Assembly (NCBI GenBank): GCA_030704615.1
Contig: CM060731.1
Location: 10,664,001-10,728,000, forward strand
Direction of reading: 5' to 3'
Origin: Takakia lepidozioides
Taxonomy: Eukaryota; Plantae; Bryophyta
Length of the DNA stretch: 64,000 nt
Below are positions 1 to 16,962 of the stretch, piece by piece (within the stretch, counting starts at the first letter, position 1; each line of letters opens with the position of its first letter). The position numbers and the translations under genes were made by a program. The notes under the pieces are model-generated. The model saw only the letters and a program-made list of their open reading frames with translations. It was not told the origin of the DNA and did no database searches.

Positions 1-830
1 GCCTTCACACGTCAAGGCGGCACCCGGTGCTTCGAAAGGAAAAGCGGGTGGAGCGGCTTATGGCGGACAGAAGGCGACCTTTGATAGAGTGTGTTTCAAT
101 TGCGGGGAGCCCGGGCACATGGCCAAGAAGTGCACAAAACCTCGACAATTGAACATGACTCGGGCAACCACGGAGCTGTCGGAAGATACCATCAGTCGCT
201 TGGTGGAAGCGGTGGTCGCCAGGACTTGCAAGGTAGGCAACTATTCTTGTGAGTTGTATCAGGAAACTGGCGCCCTGCGTAAAGGGAGTTAGTTATTGTT
301 CGTGGATGGGATAATATCCGGAACTAATGTGTCGTTGTTGGTGGACACAGGAGCGTCGCACTCCTTCATGACACCGGCGGCGGCGCGAAAGTTGGGACTC
401 CCGACAAGTGACATAGGGGCCTCTATTGAGGTGCGTTCTGCCAAAGGAGAACCACAGTTGGCGACAAGGTTGGCGTTTGATGTTCCTCTTCAACTGGGGA
501 GTTGGGAGGGACGTGAGAACTTCACCATCTGCGAGATCGATGGAGTGGATCTCATTTTGGGGATGACCTTTTTGAGCAAATCCGGAGCGGTCATAGATGG
601 CCGCAAGAGAGTAGTCACGCTGCCATGTGGGAATGGTGGCGAGGTTTTACGAGTGTCAGAAACGCCCAAATCCGTGGGAGGGCGAATAAATCCTTCTGTC
701 AGCAAAGGAGTGGGCCGTGGAGGAGGCACACGAGTCCCAGTTTTTGCTTTACATTAGAGAAGTGAAAGGAGAAGGCGATGGGGAGCCGAGCCCAGATTGG
801 ATCAAGGGGATTTTGGAGAAATACCAGGTG
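1..830 (+). pseudogene. Disrupted gag C-terminus and aspartic protease of chromovirus copy 1
   Basis: Zinc knuckle at 89-135; in-frame TAG at 290-292; DTG protease motif; apparent frameshifts near ~700 and ~828, judged by comparison with copy 2. Confidence 0.85.
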
Positions 831-3634
831 TGATGCCGAAGGATTTACCAAGCGGCTTGCCACCGCGAAGTGGAGTTGACCACAAGATTGAGGTGATACC
901 GGGATCGGAACTGCCTGCCAAGGCGCCCTACCGGTTGAGCCACAGAGAGTTGGTCGAGCTGAAGACTCAGCTCAAGGATCTAATGTCAAAGGGGTACATC
1001 CGGCCGAGTAAGTCACCTTACGGAGCCCCGGTGCTATTCGCAGACAAGAAGGATGGGACGTTGCGGATGTGTGTCGATTACAGGGCTTTGAATAAGGTGA
1101 CTATTAAAAATCGGTACCCTTTGCCAAGGATCGACGACCTTTTCGACCGGTTGGCAGGAGCGAAGTATTTCAGCCGGATCGACTTGCGCTCCGGCTATCA
1201 TCAAATTCGGGTGGCGGAAGGAGATGAGGAGAAGACCGCGTGCAGGACAAGGTATGGTTCATATGAGTTCTTGGTGATGCCTTTTGGGCTCACTAATGCA
1301 CCGGCGACCTTTAGCACGCTGATGAACAGCCTTTTTCAGGAGTGGTTGGATGACTTTGTGATCGTGTACATCGACGACATCTTGGTGTACTCGAAAACAA
1401 AGGAGGAACACCTGGAGCACCTCAAAAGGGTGTTCCAAAAGTTGCGGGAAGGGAAACTGTACGCCAAAGCTTCAAAATGCGAATTCGGGGTCACGAAAGT
1501 GGAGTTCTTGGGGCATGTGATTACACAGGATGGGATCAAAATGGATGACAGAAAGGTGAGGGCGATCTTGGACTGGGAGCCTCCGACTTCGGTCCCGGGA
1601 GTGCGATCCTTCCTAGGACTCGCCTCCTATTACCGGAAGTATGTGAGAAATTTTGCCAAGATCGCGGGGCCGCTGTCGGACCTTCTGTGTAAATCCAAAG
1701 TCTGGGTATGGAACACATTTTGTGGCCAAACTTTTGCTGAATTGAAGCAGCGGATGGCGGAAGCTCTAGTCTTGAAAATCCCGGAGTTCGATCGTCCATT
1801 TGAGATTCATACAGATGCGTCGGACTTCGCGATTGGGGGTGTACTTATGCAAGATGAACGTCCAGTGACTTACGAAAGTAAGAAACTGAATGAAGTGGAG
1901 CGACGGTGGCCGACGCACGAAAAAGAGATGAAGGCGGTGGTGCACTGTCTTGAGCTTTGGCGCCACTATGTTGGTTCCAACCCAGTGAAGGTGTTCACGG
2001 ACAATGTCACGGTGAAGTATTTTGCCACGCAGCCCAAGTTGTCCCCAAAACAACTTAGGTGGCAAGATACTTTGGCGGTGTTCGACGTGGATATCCAGTA
2101 CAAACCGGGACGAAACAACGTGGTGGCCAATGCTTTAAGTAGAAAGCAGCAGCTCTTGTTGGTGTACAAGGGCGAGACGGCGCTCCAAAGGAAGATCCGG
2201 AAGGCTTACCGGAAGGATGAGCTGGCGAAGTCTGTGATGCAGGACTTGAGGATGGGGGTTAAATCGCAGTTCCACTTGCAAAATGGACTGCTCCGGTATA
2301 AGCAAAAGCGTCTCTACGTGCCGAAGGGAGGGATCAGAGACAGCCTCTTGAGAGAATGCCATGATAGCTCGCTTGCGGGCCACGGCGGAGCCAAGCGCAC
2401 TGCGGCACTCCTGAAGAAAGAGTATTTCTGGCCCAAACTGAGGGAGGAGGCAGAGGAGTATGTCAAGACATGTACCACATGCCAACAAAACCGGAGCGAG
2501 TACAAAAAGCAAGCGGGGCTGTTACAACCCTTGCCGATTCCAGAGGGGACTTGGGAAAGCGTCTCGATGGATTTCATGACTGCTATGCCGCTGTCAAAAG
2601 GATTCGATGCAATCATGGTGGTGGTGGATAGGTTCAGTAAAATGGGCCATTTCATCCCCACCAAGGAGACGGCAACGGCGCAGGAGACAGGGCGACTTTA
2701 CTTCGCCCACGTCTTAAAGCATCATGGAGTCTCGAAGGATATTGTCTCGGATCGCGATCCAAAGTTTACGAGTAAATTTTGGAGGACACTTTGGAAGAAG
2801 ATGGGGACGAGGCTGAAGATGAGCACCGCCTTCCGACCTACGACGGACGGCCAAACGGAAAGAGTGAATTCCATAGTGAAGCAATTCTTGCGGAATTACG
2901 TGTCGGCAGACCAATCAGACTGGATGGAACACTTAGACGCGGCAGAGTTCTGTTATAATAACACAGAACACTCCGCAACGGGAGTTTCCCCTTTCGTATT
3001 GGTCTATGGAAAAGCACCTCTGGTGCCGACAAGTTGGGCCGCCCAGGACGTTGAGGAACCGGCAGTAGCGGCGGTACTGGAAGAACGCAAGCGTTTGTTG
3101 AAGCTTGCAAAGTACAACATTGCCAAAGCTAGGAAACGGTATGAAAGGCAAGCGAATCGGAAGCGGAGGGAAGTGAAGTTTGAGGCAGGCACAGAGGTCT
3201 GGTTGAACATCAAGAATTTCCGACTACCTCCGGAAGTGAGTCCGAAGTTCGTACCTCCGTATGCGGGACCCTTTCGCATTCGGAAGGTTATGAATGAGGA
3301 TGTGTATGAATTGGAGCTGCCGGCAAACAGCAAGGTGCACCCAGTATTCCATGTCTCCCTTTTGAAGCCTTACTTCAAAGATGAAGCGCGTCCGAATCGA
3401 CATCAAGTGTTGCGTCCGCCACCTATGCTGTTGGATCATGAAAATGAACCTGAGTACGAGGTGGAGGCAATACTTAAGTCGAGGAGGTTCAAGAACCGAG
3501 AAACGGAGTATCTCGTCAAATGGAAGGGCTATCATCATGTGGAGGCATCTTGGGTGCGTTCCTCAGAAATGGGAAACGCATCCAAGGCGGTTGCAGCTTT
3601 CGAAGGGCGACCTCAAAAGCGGAAGAAACGTTGA
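797..3634 (+). CDS. pol: Pol: RT, RNase H, integrase and group I chromodomain (open frame)
   Basis: 945-aa ORF with YIDD, HHCC zinc finger, DDE core and GPF motif. Chromodomain EYEVEAIL...YLVKWKGY...ASW retains its aromatic residues; basic C-terminus PQKRKKR. Confidence 0.95.
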   Translation: MDQGDFGEIPGVMPKDLPSGLPPRSGVDHKIEVIPGSELPAKAPYRLSHRELVELKTQLKDLMSKGYIRPSKSPYGAPVLFADKKDGTLRMCVDYRALNKVTIKNRYPLPRIDDLFDRLAGAKYFSRIDLRSGYHQIRVAEGDEEKTACRTRYGSYEFLVMPFGLTNAPATFSTLMNSLFQEWLDDFVIVYIDDILVYSKTKEEHLEHLKRVFQKLREGKLYAKASKCEFGVTKVEFLGHVITQDGIKMDDRKVRAILDWEPPTSVPGVRSFLGLASYYRKYVRNFAKIAGPLSDLLCKSKVWVWNTFCGQTFAELKQRMAEALVLKIPEFDRPFEIHTDASDFAIGGVLMQDERPVTYESKKLNEVERRWPTHEKEMKAVVHCLELWRHYVGSNPVKVFTDNVTVKYFATQPKLSPKQLRWQDTLAVFDVDIQYKPGRNNVVANALSRKQQLLLVYKGETALQRKIRKAYRKDELAKSVMQDLRMGVKSQFHLQNGLLRYKQKRLYVPKGGIRDSLLRECHDSSLAGHGGAKRTAALLKKEYFWPKLREEAEEYVKTCTTCQQNRSEYKKQAGLLQPLPIPEGTWESVSMDFMTAMPLSKGFDAIMVVVDRFSKMGHFIPTKETATAQETGRLYFAHVLKHHGVSKDIVSDRDPKFTSKFWRTLWKKMGTRLKMSTAFRPTTDGQTERVNSIVKQFLRNYVSADQSDWMEHLDAAEFCYNNTEHSATGVSPFVLVYGKAPLVPTSWAAQDVEEPAVAAVLEERKRLLKLAKYNIAKARKRYERQANRKRREVKFEAGTEVWLNIKNFRLPPEVSPKFVPPYAGPFRIRKVMNEDVYELELPANSKVHPVFHVSLLKPYFKDEARPNRHQVLRPPPMLLDHENEPEYEVEAILKSRRFKNRETEYLVKWKGYHHVEASWVRSSEMGNASKAVAAFEGRPQKRKKR

Positions 3635-3668
3635 TGGGGACATCAACCTTGGAGTGTGGGGGAGGAAA

Positions 3669-5268
3669 TGCATGCTTAGCCCGGCTTAGCTAGCTTAGGG
3701 ATCCGATTACAAAAACTTGTATTGTACAAAAATTTGTTATAAAGGAAATGGGTTCCAAATGTTGTGCGTCCTATTTTGTTTGGAATGGTGATGCATGATA
3801 TGGTTGGCTAGTGTGTAGAATGCATGCTAGCTTATAAAAGTGGGAGAGGTAAATTGGGTTAATCGTGTGTTTGTGTAGTGCCGAAATCGGGTGACCCCCA
3901 TCCGAGAGGCAAGGAAACTTGCGCCTTCCTTGGGAGTTCACGTGCTAGTGCGCACCTGGCGCGTGCGCGTACTATAACTGCGCTACCGAGGGGGTTGCCT
4001 TGTAGTGCGGGCTAACGCGGAAGTTACGTGCTTCCGTTCACGTACTATAATCGTGTAGCCTCGGGACGAAGTCGTAGTGCGGCTTCGGCGTGTTCCCGTA
4101 CCTCAGGCCAGCATTCCAAGGCGGACCCAATTGTAGTGATTGGGGCGCACGGTTGGTTCAAGGTTATCTTCCTAGTCAAAGAGGGTTCCAGGGAACCCTT
4201 GCTCAAGGTGATGCCAAAAGCGGCATCATGAGCGATCGCAAGCAATGTTGTTGCAGTAAGGCGATTCGATCCTCAAGGAGGATCGTTCCTTGGCCTTGAA
4301 GTAGGCCAAGAAGAGTGCACTGGGAGGAGCTGGAGAGGCTCTACCCTTGGCCGGGACTTGGAGGAAGTCGGCCGAACTAGCTAGTGGAGAGTAGAGTCAA
4401 GTGTGGGGTTTGGTTCTTTGCCATGGGACGCCATGGTACGGAAACAAACTCCTTGATGTGGGACGCCACAACTTGGATGTTCGTTTCTACAAAATGGACA
4501 AGTCGATGAGGACATCGACTCCCTGTTGGTAGGAGTGTGTGTCGCGGACCTTTGCCTTGAGGGCAGGGGGGGTCGGGACACAAGAGGGGCTGCCCCTGTG
4601 GTAGGGGCAGTAGTAGCGATAGGTACGGGGGCTGAAGCACCCTTGAGTGCCCAAGGCACTCACGGAGGCAGAGGCGCTCACTAGGTGGAGCCCCGCACAC
4701 CGGGTTGCGGTGGGGGTGGCTCCACAAGGGGTGGTGGTAGCTTAGCGGGACTTAGTGGGGGTGGCATAGGACTCACCATGGGGTGGAGACCTCGAGGTGG
4801 GAGTCGTGGGGAGTCTTGGGACTCATCACGGTCCATTGGGGCCGCGGTGAGTGGGCCAAGACTCACCGCGACTCACCACCGGGAATCGAGGGTCTTCGTG
4901 GTGGTTCGCCATAAAATGGCATGGCTGGTTGTGAAACCCCCGCGGACAGCTACAGAAGTATATATAGGGAGTAGTAACCCCGAGAACGGTGCAAGCCCGT
5001 TGGTGACCAAAAACTAGTGAGTAAGCGAGCGAGTCGGGAAGCGACCAAAGAGTGGGGAGCTGTTCCGGACTGCCAATTACCAAAGGGAATTCCCGCTGGT
5101 TCCAAATCGGTGGAGGGTTCTTTGGGAGAACAAAGGGGGGGACCATTATGCCCCGGTGAGCAGCCGAAGCTCCAAGTTGGCCTGGCGGCCAGGTTCGGAG
5201 TCAGGCGCGCGCATCAAAGCGAGTAACTATGACTTGAAGGGGAGCTTACCGAAGTGAGATGCGCGACA
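3669..5268 (+). repeat. Putative 3' LTR (~1.6 kb) of chromovirus copy 1
   Basis: Follows the PPT, starts TG and ends ...GCGCGACA. TATA-like TATATATA at ~4959. Collinear with 59238-60823 on the minus strand. The 5' LTR is not in the window. Confidence 0.75.
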
Positions 5269-5322
5269 CGTCCATACCTGCAACCGGGGCTGATAGCGAG
5301 GCAAGAACAATCTCTCCGAAAG

Positions 5323-5361
<39 letters not shown>
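5323..5361. repeat. Poly(A) tract (~39 nt)
   Basis: Uninterrupted A run. Confidence 0.9.
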
Positions 5362-5362
<1 letters not shown>

Positions 5363-6369
5363 ACCTGAGAGCGAGTTAGTGAGCCAGCCAGGCAGTGCAA
5401 AAATCAGTGCACCTCATGGAGATCAAGAAATAGGCACTTGCTAAGACCAGCAGATGTGATCTAATATTTTAATCGGGTTCTGAATTTAGTAACCGGCCGA
5501 GCCTTCTTGTGCCTCCAATTGAAGTCTCCCTCCTCTCCCTCACTAGGAGATATCCCAATCAGCGGGAATGAAGACCTGCCAGGTGAACCGCATGTTGGGA
5601 AGGCTGGTGCCGAGAACATTATTCTTACCCCGGGACTGCTGAAAATCATTGATGAGCTTCCGCATGCGTTGTTTGGACGATCTGGAAAGAGCTGCAGTCA
5701 AAGTGCCCCAAGCTTTTCTCCCCTTAGTAAGGAGGTCCTGGTAAATACACAAAAGAGGATGGACCTGCCCATGGGGGGTTTCCCATATTCATAGACAAAA
5801 GCACATCTAGCCTTCTATAGGTTCCACAAATCATCTGCCCTAAGACAAGTCCAAACTGGGCAAGCACATATCCTGTGACTAGGCTGCAAATTCAACAGCA
5901 GCAGAGAGGTTGGGGGGGGGGAGGGGGTTGGGAGGGAATCCCAATTACGGTAGAAGTTCAGAACCGCTCTCCAGACCCTGTTAGAAAGCTGGTACTCTGC
6001 CAGACAATGTTCAATCGACTTTGGCAAGGTCATGTACAGGCTGCAGGTGGTAGCATTGAATTGAGTAGCTGCATTGACAGGGGGGCGTGCTAGATTGTGA
6101 GAAGCTCACGTGAGCAGAAAAATACTGTGAGCATAATTCTACTCACGTTGCTCGGAATTAGAATTTAGGGTTGGGCCTATTACCACGGTCCGTCAACTCC
6201 TAGAAGCCCTATTGCCGCGGGGCTTAACCGCCGAAAATGGGAGCTTAGTATTCATGGAGTGTGACTAAGGCTTGGCAATAAGATTGGTGAGTGGATGAAT
6301 GATGGACGAATGTGATATGATAAAAATCTGGATGAAAGTAGAGTGGAATAAAGGTGATACTGTATGATA

Positions 6370-6575
6370 TATGATGCAATTCCTGCTTTGATGAGATGAG
6401 TATGGACTTGCTTGCTCTTTCCTAGGTATCCAAGGTTGGCACATACATTGACTCCCCTAATGAAAATGACCATGATCGGTCGCACCCCTTTCTGTGACCT
6501 TCTTATGTTGCATCCTGTGTTCCATCTCTACTGAGTGAATTTGCTTGACCACATCACAGAAAGTCATTGCAATGG
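6370..6575 (-). pseudogene. Degenerate PLS-type PPR gene fragment
   Basis: Translates to ...VRPIMVIFIRGVNVCANLGYLGKSKQVHTHLIKAGI, resembling the L-motif consensus vtfvsvLnACaslgaLeqGkqvHahiikaG. Confidence 0.5.
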
Positions 6576-6604
6576 TATGTCTGAATGGCTACCTGTTTGG
6601 GTCT

Positions 6605-7075
6605 TAATCTCCACCCTTCTAAGCTCAAGGAAATTGAAAAACAGAAAAGAAACAATCACTGAAGTCCTACCGTCTATTTGTGTATCTATCTGTCTGTCTG
6701 TCTACCTGTTTGTCTGGGTTTGGATTAAGATGGCGTTGACTCCAGCTTAATCTCCACCCCTCTAAGCATAAGAAAATTGACAAACAGAAAAGCAGAAACC
6801 ACTCAAGAACCCTGTCTGTCTGTCTGTCTGTCTATCTGTCTGGGTCTGGATTAAGATGGCGTTGACACCAGCTTAATGTCCACCCCTCTAAGCACAAGGA
6901 AATTGACAAACAGAAAAGCAGAAACCACTCAAGAACCTTGTCTGTCTGTCTACCTGTCTGTCTGTCTGTCTGTCTGTCTAGGTCTGGATTAAGATGGCGT
7001 TGACGCCAGCTTAATCTCCACCCCTCTAACCAGAAGGATATTGAAAAACAGAAAAGTAGCAACCAAACCAAACCA
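6605..7075. repeat. Tandem array of ~3.5 units (~125-140 bp) containing a TCTG microsatellite and a palindromic core
   Basis: Unit starts TTAAT(C/G)TCCACCC at ~6605, 6747, 6873 and 7011. Each full unit ends GGATTAAGATGGCGTTGAC(T/A/G)CCAGC. Confidence 0.9.
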
Positions 7076-7669
7076 AAAAAATATAAAATAAAAAAATTGT
7101 TTGTTTTTGTTTTTTTTTCCCGAATGTGCCCAGATTAAGGTATCGTCAACGACACATTAATCTGGCTGGTCTTATGGGCTGGAATTAAGCTTATGCCAAA
7201 TTAAAATACACTTATTTAACTCAACGATACATACAATTTCCGTTGAGCTTCTTTATGACACTTGAATTTTTTTCACTTATTCTTCTAAATTTAAGCCTCT
7301 TTTCGCTTCGCTTCTCCAACTCTTCTACATTGTCGCTAGTTGCGGTTTATTCTGTAAGGTGCACTTTCACGAATTAGGGTTACCGTTCTAGGTTTGTGGT
7401 TTCTGTTCATTCTTTGGGGTTTGAGGTTTGGGGTTTATCAGTGCGGGCTTGGGTTTTAGGCTTATGGTTTGCCTTGGGGGTTTGGAGTTTGGGTTGCGGG
7501 ATCAATGTTTGTGGTTAGGGTTTCCCGTGTTTCCCTGAGTTTAAAATTTGTCGTGTTTCTTGTGTTTGCCATACAATCACTCTTATTTCAGTCCATCCAT
7601 GTTCCATTAATCAGTGCGGATTTTCATTCCACATTCAACCCTTCACTTCTTTCATTCATCCATGCTTCT

Positions 7670-9440
7670 TTCATTCAACACTCTGCCAGTGATGGACAAC
7701 ATAGAAGAGCTCCAATGTGCCAAGGTTCTCTTCAGTTTAGCAAATGACAGCCTGCATTCTGGTCTGCTGGGAAACATTCAGGCCCATTTTGATGGCCCAA
7801 TAGCGTATGTGATTCCCCATCGCTGAGCCAGTTCAGGCCTATGTCTTGCCCCCATGTATCACAATGAGAAGAAGGCGACTGGTTCTGCAGCATTGAGAGG
7901 AGGCCCATCGATTTCCTCCAGTTTAGCCTGAGACTAGAGCCCAAGCAAAGGATTTACAGGGCCTGTAGAGCGTGGTCCATATTATCCTTGGTGGAGTTGT
8001 CTAGCAGCAAGGTGGTTTCGTCGGCATACATAGACAATTTCACCATCTCTGGTTGGAAAGTAGGCAGATGAAGCCCTATGATATCTTGTCTTGCTTCAAA
8101 GAGGTGGCCTAATGAGTCTGCTGCTATCAAGAAGAGGAAAGGTGACATGAGGGGGCAACCCTGCCTAACGGACCTTGAAATTGGAAAGGACTGTGTTATC
8201 ACCCCATTTATCATTACTTTGCTTGAGCAGACTACAACAAGATCTTAACCCATGACACGAAGTGCCTACCCAAACCAGATTTCTCCAGAGCAGCCAGCAG
8301 GAAGGACCAATCTATGGAGTCAAAGGCCTTTTTAGAATTCAGCATTAAAAAAGCCATAGGCTGGTTATCAAGAGATGCTCTGTAAAGGGCTTCGTGCAGC
8401 GACAAAATATTGTCCAAAATCATACGGTCTTTTAGAAAACCAAACTGCTCCTTTCTAATGATATTTGGAAGAAGAGGCTGGATTCTCAAAGCTAGGTCTT
8501 TGGCTATGATTTTGTATGTGGAGTTGAGTAAGGTAATGGGGCAGTAGTTAGCCACATCGTCCCGTTCACCTTTCTTGTAAATCAAAAGTTATGAGCCCTT
8601 CCGAGATTTGGGAAGACATTACCTCTTTTTGAAAAATGTCATTAGCCATACCAAGGAAGTCATCCCCAATGGTGGCCCAGAGGGCTTTAAACAATTCAAT
8701 AGGCATTCCATCTGGACCAGGACTTTTCAGAGAGACCAAACCATCCACTGCCTTCCCTAGCTCTTGCATAGTAAAAGGTTCTGCCAATTTGTCTTTATCA
8801 GTGGGAGAAAGCGAGCAAGGAATATTAGCAAGAAGAGTGGATCTAGCTTGAAGAACCTCAGGTGTGTCAGACCTTTTTTCAAAAAGTTTCACGAAGAAGT
8901 TTGCCGCCGTGCTAGCCATCTTTTTGGGAATGGAGCTAGGCAGGCCAACAACATCCCTAAGAGAAGGAGTCAGGGTAGAGGCTCGATGCTGAGCAGCCTT
9001 GATAAAAAAGTATTTTGACATTTTTCCCCCCTTAAGTGACCAGTTGACCCGGGCCTTAATCCTCATGAATTGCTCTCTTGAGTGAGAGAGCAGTGAGAGA
9101 TTGTGCTTGGCAATTCTATGAGAAATAAGGGTTTGTGGGTCATCTTTCCCCTCTTGTAATTGAAACGGGCAAACATGCAAACACTTGGTCAAGGCTTTTT
9201 CTTTTCTCGTGCACTCCTCGGCTTTCTTCCTACAGTTCTTGGCAGATATTTCTCAGAATCTGGAATTTGGAGAGGAAGAGGAGAGTTGGAGAAGAGAAGG
9301 GAAGGTCAACACAGGACCAAGTGAGAATCACTTCTGGGTCGGAAAGAAGAGAGAGGTTAAGCTTAAAAAAGCCCCTTCCCCTAACTCTTGACCCAAGAAC
9401 CATACTCCTCGGGTTCTTCGAAATTTTGAGAACAGCCGAT
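7670..9440 (-). mobile_element. Degenerate non-LTR retrotransposon (L1-like LINE) ORF2/RT fragment
   Basis: Motifs KSPGPDG, NYCPITLLN..YKII, KAFDSIDW, RQGCPL, YADE and LRLNWRKS are spread over several frameshifted ORFs. Confidence 0.88.
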
Positions 9441-10645
9441 TAAATGGGTATAATATATCAAGAATCATCTCCGGCGGAAATTAGGTCCCAAATCAAAGAT
9501 CCTCCCAACACTGGATAACATCGCCGTTGTAGGCACAAAGCTTAGTTTTGTTTGTTTGTTTGCCCACCAACCCAGATTGTTCCAAGATTGTTCATAGCTA
9601 ATAATGCACATTGTAAAGTGTTGTAACATATTCCGGGAGTTGGAACTAGTACTACCTACCATGACTCGGACCCCCACTGGCCTGGCCCTCCAAACAAACA
9701 TATATAGAAATAACAATAATAGTAAATTATATAATAATAATAATACATGGAAATATTATTATAAATTACAGAAATATTGGTGGGGCCTTGGCTAAACTTG
9801 GGTCCCCAAGTTTAATTCATCCCTCCTCTTCAGGCCCTCACCAACTGCTTCCGAGAGGGGTGACTGAAGAATTTATAGCAACCATCCCACATTTATGGGC
9901 ACTAGTGTCCCATGGCATTCAATGTAATTCCTTCAGAGCGGGGGGGTGACCATTCATTGCTCATCCATCCATGTCATCTCTTCATACTCATGTACTGCCT
10001 ACTATCATCCGAAAGCTCGCGTATTCGCTCCCAAGTGGATGAAAGAGGGTGTTGGTGGATGCACAGAGTACTGTCCAGGTAGAATAAAGTAATGGGGGTT
10101 GACAAGGTGGCGGCGCCACGCTCGGGCTCACGTTCAAGCTTCGGCGCTTTATGAATTCTGGGGTGGCAGGGCCGCCAAGCTTCCTGCCCTCTCGGAGCCC
10201 ACTGCGGCTGGACATCTTCTCTCTCTCTCTCTCTCCTCATCGGCACATGACTCTGGCGGGTTTGTAGAGGCTGCACTTCAATTCATTGTGCTGTTGCTGA
10301 GTTGCTCTCCTCTCCACCATCCGGTATTGCTCCCTCTCCGTCTGTTCGGGTTATTTTTGTGTGTCTGTGCAGCAAAAGTATCTGAAGTCTGTGTAGCATT
10401 GGTAGCTGGAATTAGAGTGCATTGAGCTGTGCAGTTTTTGACTTGGGTCCCATTCCCCCTCTCTCTCCTGCTGTCTAACTGATTCATTTTCTCTTGAATC
10501 ACAGAGAAACTGCAATGCAGATTGCTGGTGGTGATTCCAATCCGATCATTGTGATCAGTTTGATGGTGAAGGGGATGTGACAGGGGCTTCTGGCCGTGAG
10601 CTAGCTTTGGAGAGGGCGATTCTTCTGTAACACCGAGTTGGGTGA

Positions 10646-15272
<4,627 letters not shown>

Positions 15273-16962
15273 TTTGTTGCTGCAAAGTTTGAAGTGTGGT
15301 CAACATCCAGGCAGTCGCAGTTCGCCAAAGGGCTGTTCCATTGCTCGAAGAGCTGTGGCCCCCATAGATAGGAGAGCTGTGGCTTTTAACTTACTTTAGC
15401 TTTAGCTGGTATTAAGCTGTGACCCACTGGGTGTGTCCTGAGCTGCTGTGCGAAGTCCCGGCCGGACAAATTCTCTAAGTAGAATTTACAAAGAATGCAT
15501 TGGTTAGTAATCATCATCAATTCCCAAAGTATAGGACTAGTCTAGTTCTAAGTGGAGGCCGAGAGAAACTCCTTCTGTGAGTTTGTAAGTGGGAAAAGAC
15601 TGGTGGATGTATCTTTTATGGGTTGTAAAAGCCAGCCCTTTGGATTGAGCTGGCAAATTGAAAGAATACCTCTGTCTGTCTGTCTGTCTGTCTCTATTTC
15701 TATCTTAGGGCACTGGTCATGGTTCCTTGTGTAGTCTCCTAACATGTAGCAGTTATGGGTTGAGAATGAATGAATGGTACCTTCCAGCTGATGACTACTG
15801 GTTGAAGCGAGATGATTGAAGAATGAATTGTGTAAATGTTCATGCATTGATTCATACTTGGCGTCGATGCGCGGCCTTCAGTTTCAAATGTGACACCCAT
15901 CTTCGCAAAATTAAAGAAAGAAGGAGGATGTTCTTGATCAGAGTCTCAAACTCCATGGCACAAGGATTGAGAGACAGACGGACACAAGGGTGGGGAAATA
16001 CTGAGAGGAACAGAGGGGAAGATGAAAGGATGAGAGGTATGGGCCAGCATGTCGTGTGTATTTGGAGGAAGGGGGATTGGGGCTGCAGGACTGTGAGATT
16101 AGGGGTCGAGGCATAAGAAAAGGAGGGAGACAGAGAAAGAGGAAGGGAGGTGGAATTCGGCATGCCCAGGTCGTACCAGTTTAGAGGAAGAGGGTGGCAG
16201 GTGAGAGGGAGAAGAAAGGATCGTCAATGTTGGAGAAGGTGATACAGAGCTTATGGTACACTGAAGGGAAAGGAAAGTATTGGTTCAGCTATGGAGGCAC
16301 ACAAGATCGACTTGGCGCCCGACGCTCCCATTCATGCGCTTCGCACCCGCGGAGGTGCCTTTGTGGGTGTCACTCCGTCGCTCTCTTCATGTGCTTCTAC
16401 TTTCTTGCTTCTCACTGACCCTTAACAACCTCAATGTCGATATTGGGTGGTGCTTGAAACTCTGAAACGGTCCTCCATCTTCTCGTAATCCCAATGCCTT
16501 AGACATTAGAGATGTTTTAGCCAGGAAAGACGAGATTTGATGCCTTTGGTAGGTATTCGCGAGCTACGGGAACGAGAAAGAGACAGATGCAATTATCACG
16601 ACGGTCTGAACCATTTGGCTCACTCTCAGATTTCGAGAGGAACCAACGATTTATACAATATTTGATCTCCATGCATGCGGGAAGAATTGAAAGTCTCTGC
16701 CCATTTGAATATTTTTAGCAGGTTAATAGGTCTGGTGCTATCGGCACAGACATGCACACGTAAATGAACTTTGCCAAAATGTGCCGTCCGACATAAGTCT
16801 CTCCTGGCTGAAAGTGTCTGGGTTGGGAGCAGATGTTCTCAATGAGTGAGATTGCGGTGGAGCTATTTCACGACAATCCAGGTGCCTTTGGCAAGGTAAT
16901 GTGATTTTCTTACTAACCTCATCCGCACCCATCAAGTATGATCGTCACATATGTCGCCAAAG

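Larger units (their letters stand above)
1..5268 (+). mobile_element. Ty3/gypsy chromovirus (Galadriel-like), 5' part outside the window; copy 1
   Basis: Gag zinc knuckle CFNCGEPGHMAKKC, protease LVDTGAS, RT (YIDD), RNase H (TDASD), integrase and chromodomain in Ty3 order. PPT at ~3651-3668, LTR starts TG at 3669. Homology to the copy at 59238-64000 ends at ~5268. Motifs [17 protein letters not shown] and [11 protein letters not shown] resemble Galadriel. Confidence 0.93.

Noticed and set aside
290-292. In-frame TAG between gag and protease as programmed readthrough
   Set aside because: No CARYYA-type context. A CAG>TAG mutation is simpler, and two nearby frameshifts show this copy is decaying.
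5400-6100. Possible LINE ORF1 or other gene remnant, including a G-rich tract at 5911-5936
   Set aside because: No diagnostic motif could be recovered.
6605-7075. CRISPR-like repeat array
   Set aside because: Whole units, including would-be spacers, are repeated; eukaryotic context and no cas genes.
16285-16370. Possible miRNA-like hairpin (GGAGGCAC...GTGCCTTT)
   Set aside because: Stem too short and irregular by eye.
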